Origin: a virus
Strand: one strand, 5' to 3'
IMG/VR virus record: IMGVR_UViG_3300023184_000030
Span: 1 to 64,000 of that record
DNA length: 64,000 bases
Of this stretch, positions 37,630 through 47,231 are shown in pieces. Numbering within the stretch: position 1 is the stretch's first letter; each line of letters opens with the position of its first letter. The position numbers were made by a program, and so were the translations under genes. Below the pieces are notes generated by a model. The model worked only from the letters and a program-made list of their open reading frames with translations, ran no database searches and was not told the origin of the DNA.

Positions 37630-38280
37630 CTATTTTTTGTTTTTCCTCCTCTTTTTTGGAAATAAATTAAATGTATCGAGTTCACCTATTTCATTAAAGG
37701 TTATTGTGATTTCATGTCCGGATTCTTCGCTAGATACACTAATTTTTTTCATGTCCCTATTAAAATCTTTAAGCTTTATTGATTCAACATTTATCTCTGA
37801 GTTTTCATAGAACCAGTATTTTATTTCGTGGTAATTCTTTTCAAAGACTGAGTATGCAAATTTATAATCGCAGTGTGATAGTTTAATCTTAAAAGTTCTA
37901 AGTCTCTTAGAAAAAATCTCTAATGAAATTATGTTGTGCGGATTACCTGATGCTACCAATCTATTTTCCAAATCCAATATAAATAAACACTTATATTCTC
38001 CTATCATGGATGACTTGCTAGATATTTCTGATTTTTCTAATAAGTTCTTTATGCTTTCATATGGATCTTCTGGTGAATATACATCAACAAAGCAAGATAT
38101 TTCCGATGTTTCAAAATCCCTAATTGTTCTCACCTCGAGATCAGGATGTTCCTTAAATATTCCAAGTATTATATTAAGAGAATCCTGTAATAGAATTCTC
38201 TTCTTTTGTATTTGGTTTTTTTCTTCCGAAATCTTTTCTTTTAGAGACCTCACAAAATTCCCAGATATACTTTCTGCCAT
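37630..38280 (-). CDS. Hypothetical protein
   Basis: Packed ORF. Confidence 0.6.
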   Translation of the reverse strand: MAESISGNFVRSLKEKISEEKNQIQKKRILLQDSLNIILGIFKEHPDLEVRTIRDFETSEISCFVDVYSPEDPYESIKNLLEKSEISSKSSMIGEYKCLFILDLENRLVASGNPHNIISLEIFSKRLRTFKIKLSHCDYKFAYSVFEKNYHEIKYWFYENSEINVESIKLKDFNRDMKKISVSSEESGHEITITFNEIGELDTFNLFPKKRRKNKK

Positions 38281-38289
38281 GGTCTAGAT

Positions 38290-38916
38290 TTATTTTTTTG
38301 ATTTCAAACCAAGTCTCTCTCTGACTTGTTTTAGTACTTTATCCTTTCCCTCGTTAGCTTCTACCTTTATAAGCTTACGACTTTTTTGATAAAAGTCTAA
38401 TAATGGAAAAGTCTTCTCGTGATATTCTTTGAATCTTTTCTCGACGATTTCTTCGCTAGCATCATCTTTTCTATTCTCTTCCTTAGCTCTGCTTTTTATT
38501 CTTTCCTTAGCTACCTTATCTGGAAGATCTAGGTAAATTGCATGGTTTAAACCTAAGCCCATTCTACCTAGAAGAGAATCTAGTCTTTTTGCTTGCTTTA
38601 TCGTTCTAGGAAATCCATCAAGAATAACATTAGAACTAGGATCAACCTTTTTAAGTTCTTTCCTAAGAATCTTGATCATCATATTATCGGGAAGTAGATT
38701 TCCAGCATCTATGATTTTTTTTATATCTTCGTCTTCTGAATTTCTTATAAGATCCCCTGTTGACAAATGTATAAAGTTATAGTCTTTTTTTAATTCTTTA
38801 GATAACGTTCCCTTACCTGATCCAGGTGCTCCTAATATAACAAGGATTTTACCCTGGTTATCAGGAAGCTGTCTTTCGTTTAGTGCAAAATCGTCAAAAG
38901 TTTTTATTCTTTCCAT
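38290..38916 (-). CDS. adk: Adenylate kinase (short-lid type) with capsid-targeting-like N-terminal extension
   Basis: GAPGSGKGT, HLSTGDLIR, LDGFPRT..QA, R.DD; start MERIKTFDDFALNE at ATG 38916. Confidence 0.92.
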   Translation of the reverse strand: MERIKTFDDFALNERQLPDNQGKILVILGAPGSGKGTLSKELKKDYNFIHLSTGDLIRNSEDEDIKKIIDAGNLLPDNMMIKILRKELKKVDPSSNVILDGFPRTIKQAKRLDSLLGRMGLGLNHAIYLDLPDKVAKERIKSRAKEENRKDDASEEIVEKRFKEYHEKTFPLLDFYQKSRKLIKVEANEGKDKVLKQVRERLGLKSKK

Positions 38917-38930
38917 CTTTTTAATATTTT

Positions 38931-41408
38931 TTATGATCCGCAGGCGATACAATCGTCTGGGTTGTCCAAGCTACAAACTATGCCAGAGGTAAGCTCTTCT
39001 GCTGCTTTGCTTAATTCCTCGCTAGTCATGTTTCCTAAGTCTATTTTTTTAGATTCTGTTTCAACGTCCTCCATTCTCTTAAGAGATTCTTTAGCTTTAG
39101 TCATATCTATCCCTAATCCTGCAATTGCGTCAACAGCAGATTTAGTTCTTAGATAGTACATACCAGTTTTAAGTCCTAGCTCCCATGAGTGAAAATGTGC
39201 TGCAGTTAATTTAGCAGAGTTAACACCCTCAATAAATAGATTTAGAGACTGTGACTGGCAAATAAATTTACCTCTATCAGCTGACATTTGAATTAGATCC
39301 TTTTGTTTGATCTCCCATACCGTCTTATAGACCTCTCTGATCTCCTGAGGTATTTGCGGGATACCCTGAACAGATCCTTTATGTAAGATAATAAGATTTT
39401 TCATATCCTCACTCCAAAGGCCTAATGAGATTAGATCCTTAACAAGATGCTTATTAACTAAAATAAATTCTCCGCTTAATGTTCTTCTTGTGTAGATATT
39501 AGATGTGAAAGGTTCGAAAGCTTCGTTATTTCCCATGATCTGAGCTGTTGAAGCAGTTGGCATAGGTGCTAACAATAAAGAATTTCTAGCTCCATTCTTC
39601 ATAACATCTTTTCTTAATTTAGACCAATCCCATCTTCCTGAAAGTTGCTCGTCTTTGAATCCCCAAAGGTTGAATTGGAAATCACCTTTACTTAATGGTG
39701 ATCCGTCGAACGTTTCATATTTACCATCTTTCTTAGCTAATTCCATTGAAGCTGTCATAGCTGCAAAGTATATAGTTTCGAAAACTTCCTCATTAGTTTT
39801 CATAGCTTCTTCGGAAGTAAATGCTATTCTCATATTAGCAAAAAGATCTGCTAATCCTTGAATCCCAATACCGATTGGTCTATGTCTAAAGTTTGATTTC
39901 TTTGTCTCTGGTGTTGGATAATAATTAATATCAATAACTCTATTTAAGTTGACTGTTGTTTGATAAGCAACGTCATATAAGGCTTTATGATCAACTTCAC
40001 ATTTACCTCTGTTAATCTTAGCAGTTCTTGCATCAGTTGATTTTAAGAACTTATTAACAGGTATAGAAGCTAGGTTACAAACTGCTTGCTCGTCTTTATC
40101 TGTATATTCTAATATCTCTGTACAAAGATTTGAACTTTTAATAGTACCAAGATTTTGTTGATTTGATTTTCTGTTAGCAGCATCTTTATAAAGCATATAA
40201 GGTGTTCCAGTTTCGATTTGGGAATCGATCACCTTGGTCCAAAGTTCTCTAGCTTTAATAACCTTTCTTGCTTTACCTGCAGCTTCAGCTTCAATATAAG
40301 CTTTTTCGAATTCATCACCGTAAAGTTCCCAAAGTCCGGGAACGTCGGAAGGAGAGAATAATGACCAATCCTCACTGGCCTTAACTCTCTTCATGAATAA
40401 ATCAGAGATCCAAAGGGCTAGAAAAAGATCTCTTGCTCTTAGTTCTTCTTTACCTGTATTCTTTCTTAGGTCTAAGAAATCTTCAATATCTGCATGCCAG
40501 GGTTCAATATAAATAGCAAATGATCCTTTTCTTTTTCCCCCTCCTTGATCTACGTATCTAGCAGTTTCATTGAATACTTTTAACATCGGAACGATACCAT
40601 TTGATGTGCCGTTTGTTCCTTTGATGTAAGAACCTGTACTTCTAATATTATGTATGGCCAAACCTATACCTCCAGCATTCTGTGATATGGTAGCTACATC
40701 GGTTAAAGTTTTATAAATACCCTGTATAGAATCATCAGACATCGTTAAAAGAAAACAAGAAGATAACTGAGGTTTTCTAGTACCTGCATTAAATAATGTA
40801 GGTGTAGCATGTGTCATCATGTGGGTAGATAAAAGCTCGTATGTTTTAAGAACGTTTTTCGTATCTTCTCCCCAAATTCCAGCAGCAACTCTCATGTACA
40901 TATGTTGAGGACTTTCAGATGGACTCCCGTTCATCTTTAACAGATAACTTTTCTCTAGCGTTTTAAATCCAAAATATTCAAAATTAAAATCTCTCTCATG
41001 AATAATAGCACCATCAAATTTCTGCTTGTTTTTCATGACAGAGCTATAAGTTTCTTCATTAATTAAACCCGCAGGTTGATTAGTTTCTGGATCTATATAA
41101 GAATATAAATCTTGGATTGTCTCCGAGAATTTTTTCTTAGTTGATTTATGTAGTTTAGATACTGCAATTCTAGATGCCAATACGGAATAGTCCGGATGTT
41201 TTGGAATTAAAGAAGCTGCAGTTTCTGCTGCAAGATTATCCAGTTCATCGGTTGTAATACCATCATAAATTCCGGCGATTACTTTTTGTGCTATTTCAAT
41301 AGGATCAATATAATCAGAATTTAGACCATAAGTCATTTTTCTTACTCTATTTGATATCTTCTCGAATCTCACTGGCTCTTTCGAACCATCTCTTTTTATT
41401 ACCTGCAT
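38931..41408 (-). CDS. nrdA: Ribonucleotide reductase class Ia alpha subunit
   Basis: ATP cone VIKRDG, TPTLFNAG, SSCF, SNLCTE, MPTASTAQ, KTGMYY, C-terminal CIACGS. Confidence 0.97.
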   Translation of the reverse strand: MQVIKRDGSKEPVRFEKISNRVRKMTYGLNSDYIDPIEIAQKVIAGIYDGITTDELDNLAAETAASLIPKHPDYSVLASRIAVSKLHKSTKKKFSETIQDLYSYIDPETNQPAGLINEETYSSVMKNKQKFDGAIIHERDFNFEYFGFKTLEKSYLLKMNGSPSESPQHMYMRVAAGIWGEDTKNVLKTYELLSTHMMTHATPTLFNAGTRKPQLSSCFLLTMSDDSIQGIYKTLTDVATISQNAGGIGLAIHNIRSTGSYIKGTNGTSNGIVPMLKVFNETARYVDQGGGKRKGSFAIYIEPWHADIEDFLDLRKNTGKEELRARDLFLALWISDLFMKRVKASEDWSLFSPSDVPGLWELYGDEFEKAYIEAEAAGKARKVIKARELWTKVIDSQIETGTPYMLYKDAANRKSNQQNLGTIKSSNLCTEILEYTDKDEQAVCNLASIPVNKFLKSTDARTAKINRGKCEVDHKALYDVAYQTTVNLNRVIDINYYPTPETKKSNFRHRPIGIGIQGLADLFANMRIAFTSEEAMKTNEEVFETIYFAAMTASMELAKKDGKYETFDGSPLSKGDFQFNLWGFKDEQLSGRWDWSKLRKDVMKNGARNSLLLAPMPTASTAQIMGNNEAFEPFTSNIYTRRTLSGEFILVNKHLVKDLISLGLWSEDMKNLIILHKGSVQGIPQIPQEIREVYKTVWEIKQKDLIQMSADRGKFICQSQSLNLFIEGVNSAKLTAAHFHSWELGLKTGMYYLRTKSAVDAIAGLGIDMTKAKESLKRMEDVETESKKIDLGNMTSEELSKAAEELTSGIVCSLDNPDDCIACGS

Positions 41409-41425
41409 TTTTTAGTTATTTTTAT

Positions 41426-42409
41426 TTAGAAGTCTGTGTCGAAGTCGAACGAATCTTCCGATTTGTTCATCACTCCTGATTTTTGATACTCGCCAACTCT
41501 TTTTTCAAAGAAGTTAGTTTTCCCTTGTAGTGAAATGTTTGCCATGAAATCAAAAGGATTTTCTACATTGTATACTCTAGAACATCCTAAATCCATAAGC
41601 AATCTATCAGCTACAAACTCAAGATATTGTTTCATCAAATCTGAATTCATTCCTATTAGTCTAACTGGAAGTGATTCGGTAATGAACTCTTTTTCAATCT
41701 CTAGAGCGCTCATAATAATTTCTTTGATTCTCTCCTCCGAAACTTTATTTGATAAATGATTGTTATGTAACATAACAGCAAAATCTGTGTGCATTCCTTC
41801 GTCTCTTGAGATTAGCTCATTAGAGAAGGATAGACCTGGCATAAGTCCTCTTTTCTTTAACCAGAAAATAGAACAGAAAGATCCACTAAAGAAAATACCT
41901 TCAACTGCGGCAAACGCCACGACTCTTTCTTGAAAGTGAGGGGAGTCTATCCATTTAAGTGCCCACTCAGCTTTTTTCTTAACAGCAGGAATCGTATCAA
42001 TTGCATGGAGAAGTGTATTTTTTTCTTCTGGGTCCTGGATGTATGTGTCAATTAAAAGAGAATAAGTCTCTGAGTGTATATTCTCCATCATTATTTGGAA
42101 ACTGTAAAAGAACTTTGCCTCCGTGTATTGAACCTCAGATAAGAAGTTCTCAGCCAGATTTTCATTTACTATACCATCTGAAGCTGCAAAGAAAGCTAAA
42201 ACGTTCTTGATGAAATATCTCTCGTCGTCACTTAATCTGTTTCTCCAATCGTTTAAATCCTGTGCCAGATCGATTTCCTCCGCTGTCCATATGCACGCTT
42301 GTTGTTGTTTATACATCTGCCAGATGTCGTGGTGCTCTATTGGAAATAAAACAAACCTATCTGGATTTTCTTGCAGAATAGGCTCAGGTATAGAATAAAG
42401 ATCTTCCAT
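41426..42409 (-). CDS. nrdB: Ribonucleotide reductase class Ia beta subunit
   Basis: [43 protein letters not shown]. Confidence 0.97.
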   Translation of the reverse strand: MEDLYSIPEPILQENPDRFVLFPIEHHDIWQMYKQQQACIWTAEEIDLAQDLNDWRNRLSDDERYFIKNVLAFFAASDGIVNENLAENFLSEVQYTEAKFFYSFQIMMENIHSETYSLLIDTYIQDPEEKNTLLHAIDTIPAVKKKAEWALKWIDSPHFQERVVAFAAVEGIFFSGSFCSIFWLKKRGLMPGLSFSNELISRDEGMHTDFAVMLHNNHLSNKVSEERIKEIIMSALEIEKEFITESLPVRLIGMNSDLMKQYLEFVADRLLMDLGCSRVYNVENPFDFMANISLQGKTNFFEKRVGEYQKSGVMNKSEDSFDFDTDF

Positions 42410-42427
42410 TTTTTTAATTAATTTTTT

Positions 42428-42907
42428 TTAGTAATTGTTTTCTTGTCTTCTGATATTTTCTTTGTTCTTACTTAAATAATAATTATAAAGCTCATCTGGT
42501 GTCATACCGACAGAGACCATCATATTAAATAAGAAATGCTGAATATCAACCAGCTCCATTTTAAGTTCTTTAACATCCTCAGGTGACAGATCAGATATTT
42601 TCATGGAATAAGCTTTCTTATGATTACTTTTCCATGGTTTCCAAACTGCGTTACCGATTGATGTTTCTCCGTTATTAGAAACACCGCCTAAAGCGTCATA
42701 TGCTTCCGATATTTCGTCATCTATTGCTCTGGTGTTCCAGAGCCAGAAGTCCTTAATCTCTCCCAGTGAAAGATTTGCGAAATCGTAACCATAGACTTTC
42801 TCCTGAGTGTTCTTTTGGAGTGTCATTAATGTGCCCAAGTGATGCGTGGACTTTACGTAGTCATCCTCAACGGGAAGATCTTTGCATTGATTGTCTGTAT
42901 TTGCCAT
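42428..42907 (-). CDS. Dimeric all-alpha dUTPase/dCTPase (T4 gp56-like)
   Basis: DEISE, WKPWK, MELVDIQHF, KNKENIRRQ..NY. Confidence 0.8.
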   Translation of the reverse strand: MANTDNQCKDLPVEDDYVKSTHHLGTLMTLQKNTQEKVYGYDFANLSLGEIKDFWLWNTRAIDDEISEAYDALGGVSNNGETSIGNAVWKPWKSNHKKAYSMKISDLSPEDVKELKMELVDIQHFLFNMMVSVGMTPDELYNYYLSKNKENIRRQENNY

Positions 42908-43008
42908 ATTTGTGATTTTTTGACTAGGTTTTTTTGTCTATGTCTCCACCACCGGGTTTTTATATATCGATCCGATTCCGGGGGACAGGGACCTGACTTG
43001 CTTTATTT

Positions 43009-44409
43009 TTATGTTTTGCTGATCTTTTTTTTCAGCTGATCGATTTCATATTCTAACTCTAACATTCGGTCCTTGGTTTTACGACGTTTACTATACAAAT
43101 CCTTAATAATTATTTTAAGGATAGGGTCTTCTTCGTCGGAGGCAAAGCATGCACCGGATGCGGTTCTAATCCAATCATCCTTGGGATTTACCGGATTTTT
43201 ACCTCTATATGCCTCTGGTGAGATGTTCCATTGAACCATTGTATTTGGATATAGCGATGCAAAGTCATAGCATGCTACCCATTCATGTAATCCCTTTATT
43301 GGCTCTTTAACATATCCACCAGCAAATTTTACATGTACTTCCTCTCTATTCTCTACAACAAATAACTGTTTGCGGTCTAAGAATTTTCTAAGCATCAATA
43401 CTTCGGTTGACCAAACTGGGGAAAGACATCGATTTATCTCCACCCCACTAATCATAGCGATTTTAAAGAAAGTCTGCATGGTCTTTAACTTCTGGTCAAT
43501 GTAATGTACTAAAGCACAGTCAACTACGTTATAGTAAATAAAGTCCTCAAAGTTTGATTGGTACAGGTCTCGAAGTGTTCCGTTATATTCTATCTTTTTG
43601 AGCCCTATTGCTTTGTCCGCTACGTAATCCAATCTATTACTTTCTTTGATCTTAATAACTCGGTCCCACTTTTTGTAGATTTCCAAGTAGTCAAACATTA
43701 ATAAATGAACAGGCAGCTGTTGTTTTCCGATAAGGTATCCTCCGGGAGAAATGATCTTCGGATCAATACCAAGCTTCTTTGCTCTATTGATAAGATAAGG
43801 CCAGTCATACCCTAGCCAGTTCCATCCTGTCATGACTGGCATTTTCGGACCAAGTTCTTTAAAGAACGTGTACATCATATCATATTCAGTCTCGAACTGT
43901 TTATATTTAAAGGACCATTCATCTCCAAACTTCTTGAAATATTCATTGGTCTTCTTGTAAATATTAGCTTGTTGCTCTGGCGTCAATGGATCTAGTCCTA
44001 AAACGATCAATTTACATTTATCTGTCGCAATACCTATTGATATAACACGATTTTTAGCATTCTCTGTGTCTAGAGCTGCTGCCATATCTTCCGTGATCTC
44101 AACCTCAATATCGACGAAGTATTTCTTAGGGTTTTGGTATACCCAAAGTGGAGCTGTTAATTCAGGATCTGCTTCAATTAAGATCTGAGCCATCCTATAT
44201 TTGTCGTATTTTTGAGTTTTTAGTTTCTTTACTGAATCACCTGTCCAGGTTTTCCATTCTTTATCCTTAGAGGAATTGCTGGGGCTGCACTTTTCCCAAA
44301 CGAATCTTTCCGACTCTGGAATGGGCACATCTAAAAAAGCTAAGTCGCCTTCTTCTGTGAAATGTGATACTTTAAGATATTCCCCTCTGTTCTCAATGTC
44401 TACGATCAT
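43009..44409 (-). CDS. DNA polymerase B, N-terminal subunit (3'-5' exonuclease + motif A; gp43A-like)
   Basis: DIEV (ExoI), GWN...YDWPY (ExoII), YNVVD (ExoIII), GGYVKEP, DFASLYPN (motif A). Confidence 0.92.
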   Translation of the reverse strand: MIVDIENRGEYLKVSHFTEEGDLAFLDVPIPESERFVWEKCSPSNSSKDKEWKTWTGDSVKKLKTQKYDKYRMAQILIEADPELTAPLWVYQNPKKYFVDIEVEITEDMAAALDTENAKNRVISIGIATDKCKLIVLGLDPLTPEQQANIYKKTNEYFKKFGDEWSFKYKQFETEYDMMYTFFKELGPKMPVMTGWNWLGYDWPYLINRAKKLGIDPKIISPGGYLIGKQQLPVHLLMFDYLEIYKKWDRVIKIKESNRLDYVADKAIGLKKIEYNGTLRDLYQSNFEDFIYYNVVDCALVHYIDQKLKTMQTFFKIAMISGVEINRCLSPVWSTEVLMLRKFLDRKQLFVVENREEVHVKFAGGYVKEPIKGLHEWVACYDFASLYPNTMVQWNISPEAYRGKNPVNPKDDWIRTASGACFASDEEDPILKIIIKDLYSKRRKTKDRMLELEYEIDQLKKKISKT

Positions 44410-44491
44410 TTTTTTTATTTACGTATGTTTTATACCAATACCATCTTTTTATTTCGATCTTTACTTAAGTTTCAGGAAGATATATAAAAAT

Positions 44492-44797
44492 ATGAAGAAT
44501 TTAAAAAATATTTCCCAGTTTATCAACGAATGGCTCGATTCACCTGGTAGTATAGACGTTCCCGGCCAGAATTCGGAAATTAGAGTCAACTCAAGGAATT
44601 ATAAAACACAGAATCAGCAACTTCCTGAAGTTGTGGATGCCATGTTTGAAGCAGCATATTTTCATGATTTTCTAGACGAAGAGGGTAAATCTGAGAAATT
44701 CAATAAATTTTTAGACGAAGGTAAAAAATCGGGTGCTCAGGTAACAAGCTATATAAAAGACTCTTTTAAAGACAAGTCATCTAAAAAGAGAGATTAA
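44492..44797 (+). CDS. Hypothetical protein with capsid-targeting-like N-terminus
   Basis: MKNLKNISQFINEW from ATG 44492; GATATATA at 44479-44486. Confidence 0.65.
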   Translation: MKNLKNISQFINEWLDSPGSIDVPGQNSEIRVNSRNYKTQNQQLPEVVDAMFEAAYFHDFLDEEGKSEKFNKFLDEGKKSGAQVTSYIKDSFKDKSSKKRD

Positions 44798-44829
44798 TTT
44801 TTTATATCCGCATTAAAACATTAGATTTG
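44798..44829 (+). promoter_or_regulatory. Bacteroidota-type (class-I) promoter
   Basis: TTTTTTATATCCG-N11-TAGATTTG. Confidence 0.65.
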
Positions 44830-44842
44830 TAAGAAAAACAAT

Positions 44843-45841
44843 ATGTACTCAAAAATATACGACTTTTGTAAAGTTAAAAATTTAGGAAATTGCTACAGAA
44901 ACGGTGAAATCCCAACCCCAAGGGTAAACTTCATATTGGATCTTTGTGATCAAATGGGACTTAAATATGAGTTGGACACTTTTGCCGACAACAAATCTAA
45001 TGCTGGTGAGGAGATGACAATGAGGGATTTCCGCTATATACTAGATACTTTGTCACCAGATAAAAGAAAAGAGGCTTTAGCTCTATATAAAGAATTCAAC
45101 CAAAAAGTAGAAGATCTTGATTCAGACTTCGAAGAATCAGGGTTAGAAGACGATGATGAGGCTATCGATTTTCACGAAGAGCAATACTACCAGCTGGAAG
45201 ATGAATACTCTGAAAAATTAAAAGCAATTGCAGGAGAGATAAAAAGAGGAGTTAACAACTACTTCAATATAGTTCTTCCTGGATCATCAGATAAATTCGT
45301 CGTAGCACATCATGATATCGTAAATAAAGATTCAGATAATGCTAATGACAATTCTTGCTCAGTTATAAACGCTTTAATGATTAAGAAGCTAAGACCTGAG
45401 GTAAACGTCGTTATATTAGATGGAGAGGAATTCGGAGGTATAGGATCTAACCAATTAGCAGAAAGAATTAAAGCAGGTGATTTCAAATGTAAATGGGTGC
45501 TTAATTTAGAGCTAACAGGTAAAGGGGGAAAAAGCTTCTTCGTTGGAGCTATGGGAACACCTTTAACAGATTGGATCGCAAATAGATTTGAATGTCCAAT
45601 CGTAAATGTGCCATTCAATGATTCGGTGATCTTTAAGAAATATGGGATAAATAGCACAGTGATTAATCCACTACCTGTAACAGAGGAAAAAAGCCCAGTT
45701 ATAAATAAGGATGGGGAATACTTAAACTTTAAAATGTTATTCAACTGTCACAAAATGACAGACTCTGTAGACACTATAGATCCTAAAGATATGGAAGAAT
45801 TCGTTAACGAGGTTTGCTTAAAAATAATAGACGAAGCTTGA
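44843..45841 (+). CDS. M28-family zinc peptidase-like protein with acidic helical insertion
   Basis: VAHHD, ANDNSCS, DGEEFG, NLE, CH...D. Confidence 0.75.
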   Translation: MYSKIYDFCKVKNLGNCYRNGEIPTPRVNFILDLCDQMGLKYELDTFADNKSNAGEEMTMRDFRYILDTLSPDKRKEALALYKEFNQKVEDLDSDFEESGLEDDDEAIDFHEEQYYQLEDEYSEKLKAIAGEIKRGVNNYFNIVLPGSSDKFVVAHHDIVNKDSDNANDNSCSVINALMIKKLRPEVNVVILDGEEFGGIGSNQLAERIKAGDFKCKWVLNLELTGKGGKSFFVGAMGTPLTDWIANRFECPIVNVPFNDSVIFKKYGINSTVINPLPVTEEKSPVINKDGEYLNFKMLFNCHKMTDSVDTIDPKDMEEFVNEVCLKIIDEA

Positions 45842-45942
45842 GACGTATAAAACTATTCGAAGAATTTATAGAGTATGTTATGCCAGTAAAAAAGCGTAAC
45901 ATGAAAAACATAGTCATTATACCTAATTGGAAGGTCTATTAA
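45838..45942 (+). CDS. Candidate 34-aa micro-ORF with capsid-targeting-like motif
   Basis: TTG start overlapping the M28 stop; MRRIKLFEEFIEYVMPVKKRNMKNIVIIPNWKVY. Confidence 0.45.
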   Translation: MRRIKLFEEFIEYVMPVKKRNMKNIVIIPNWKVY

Positions 45943-46324
45943 TGGCCTTTAAATAAGCATCCAGCTTTTTATCAGCAACCTCTATATTTAAGTTGCCATT
46001 AATGAAGATTTCCCAGGAATCTCTTCCGTATTTACCTATACCAGGAAGCTCTATAGCATCGATAAATCCATCAACCCATTTCTTACTTAACTTTATTATT
46101 CGGGATGCTTTTACATTCTGAAATCCGGTTGTTTTTATGACCGCTGCTAGTCTTTCGGGATCACACCCAATAGTAGATATGGGTGTTGGGATAAGTTCAA
46201 ATACGGAGCTTAAAATCGGTCTAACCTGCTTGTTATTGGTTTGGTTCAATAAAATACAGCAAACCATCATTTTCCATGGATTATCTAAGTAATCCTCCTG
46301 GATTAAAATCTCCCTTTCCTCCAT
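45923..46324 (-). CDS. HhH-GPD DNA glycosylase, MBD4-like
   Basis: PWKMMVCCILLNQT, LPGIGKYGRDSWEIF, DKKL..Y. Confidence 0.85.
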   Translation of the reverse strand: MEEREILIQEDYLDNPWKMMVCCILLNQTNNKQVRPILSSVFELIPTPISTIGCDPERLAAVIKTTGFQNVKASRIIKLSKKWVDGFIDAIELPGIGKYGRDSWEIFINGNLNIEVADKKLDAYLKAINRPSN

Positions 46325-47136
46325 TACTTTTGAATTTCAGGAACCCAGTGAGTCATTCTACCATCCGGTGTGATCTCGTGAATAACCTTGTTTCCTAGAG
46401 GATCTGATTCTTTACGGTATACGTTGAACGAGAAAACAAAGTCTCCGTGATTGTTATCCATATCAGTATAGGTGGCTAATGTTGCACCTCCTTGTTCATA
46501 AGAAGTTTTTATTATGGTTCCTATCCAGCTCCAAAGCGACTTTATCTGCTGATCATTCATCTCAGCTGGTGTTATATGTGGATTGATGCCAGCACGGTAA
46601 AGTGCTTCTGATTTTATATAGTTACCAACTCCTGAGATAACCTTCTGGTCCATGAGCAATTGGCAGATATTTTTATTAGATCTTTTATATAGTCTGCTAA
46701 TAAAGGTCTCCAGGCTAACATTCTCATTCAGCATATCAGGTCCTGCCTGTTTTAATTTATTCTCAATTTCCTGGTAGGTGCGATAAAATGAAATGTTACC
46801 AAATCTCCTAACATCCTCGAAGAAAACCTCAGAAGAATCAGGAAATCTAAGAACAAAATGTGAATGCTTACCTCGTAGATCTCTCCATCCCCCGCTCATG
46901 CCTAAGGTGTTCCACATGTACAGATCCCCTATTTTAACATAGATAAATTTACCTTTAACCCTGACCCAATCCACCCGGAGCGGTCCTGTCGATAATGCTT
47001 CCCTAATAAGTGAGACCCCGGTGGGTTCTTTCTTTAGCCATTTTCCCCCGAGTATCTCGGCTTCTACTAGCTCCTTACCAACTATTCTTTTGGCTAATCC
47101 CTCAGCCATTCTTCTTACTTCTGGTCCTTCTGGCAT
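46324..47136 (-). CDS. Fpg/Nei-family DNA glycosylase/AP lyase
   Basis: MPEGPEV N-terminus, KGKF, LGMSG, D.RRFG, LMDQ..ISGVGNYIKSEALY; zincless finger. Confidence 0.93.
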   Translation of the reverse strand: MPEGPEVRRMAEGLAKRIVGKELVEAEILGGKWLKKEPTGVSLIREALSTGPLRVDWVRVKGKFIYVKIGDLYMWNTLGMSGGWRDLRGKHSHFVLRFPDSSEVFFEDVRRFGNISFYRTYQEIENKLKQAGPDMLNENVSLETFISRLYKRSNKNICQLLMDQKVISGVGNYIKSEALYRAGINPHITPAEMNDQQIKSLWSWIGTIIKTSYEQGGATLATYTDMDNNHGDFVFSFNVYRKESDPLGNKVIHEITPDGRMTHWVPEIQK

Positions 47137-47150
47137 TTTTCTTCTTTTTG

Positions 47151-47182
47151 CAAATATAAGGAATAGACCCGGTACAAAAAAA
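47151..47182 (-). promoter_or_regulatory. Bacteroidota-type (class-I) promoter
   Basis: TTTTTTGTACCG-N11-TATATTTG. Confidence 0.65.
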
Positions 47183-47210
47183 TAAAGCCGAGCTTTTTAG
47201 CCCGGCTTTA
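47177..47210 (-). terminator. Intrinsic terminator after ferritin
   Basis: TAAAGCCG...CGGCTTTA stem + T-run. Confidence 0.6.
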
Positions 47211-47231
47211 TCGTATAATTTGTTTATGTGA

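Noticed and set aside
26668-44409. Split intein or intron joining the PolB halves
   Set aside because: No intein N-terminal (C/S) block or C-terminal HN-(C/S/T) at the break and no intron-like flanks
44276-44491. 5' extension of the plus-strand ORF 44276-44797
   Set aside because: Overlaps polymerase antisense; ATG 44492 follows a GATATATA box and gives the conserved N-terminal motif
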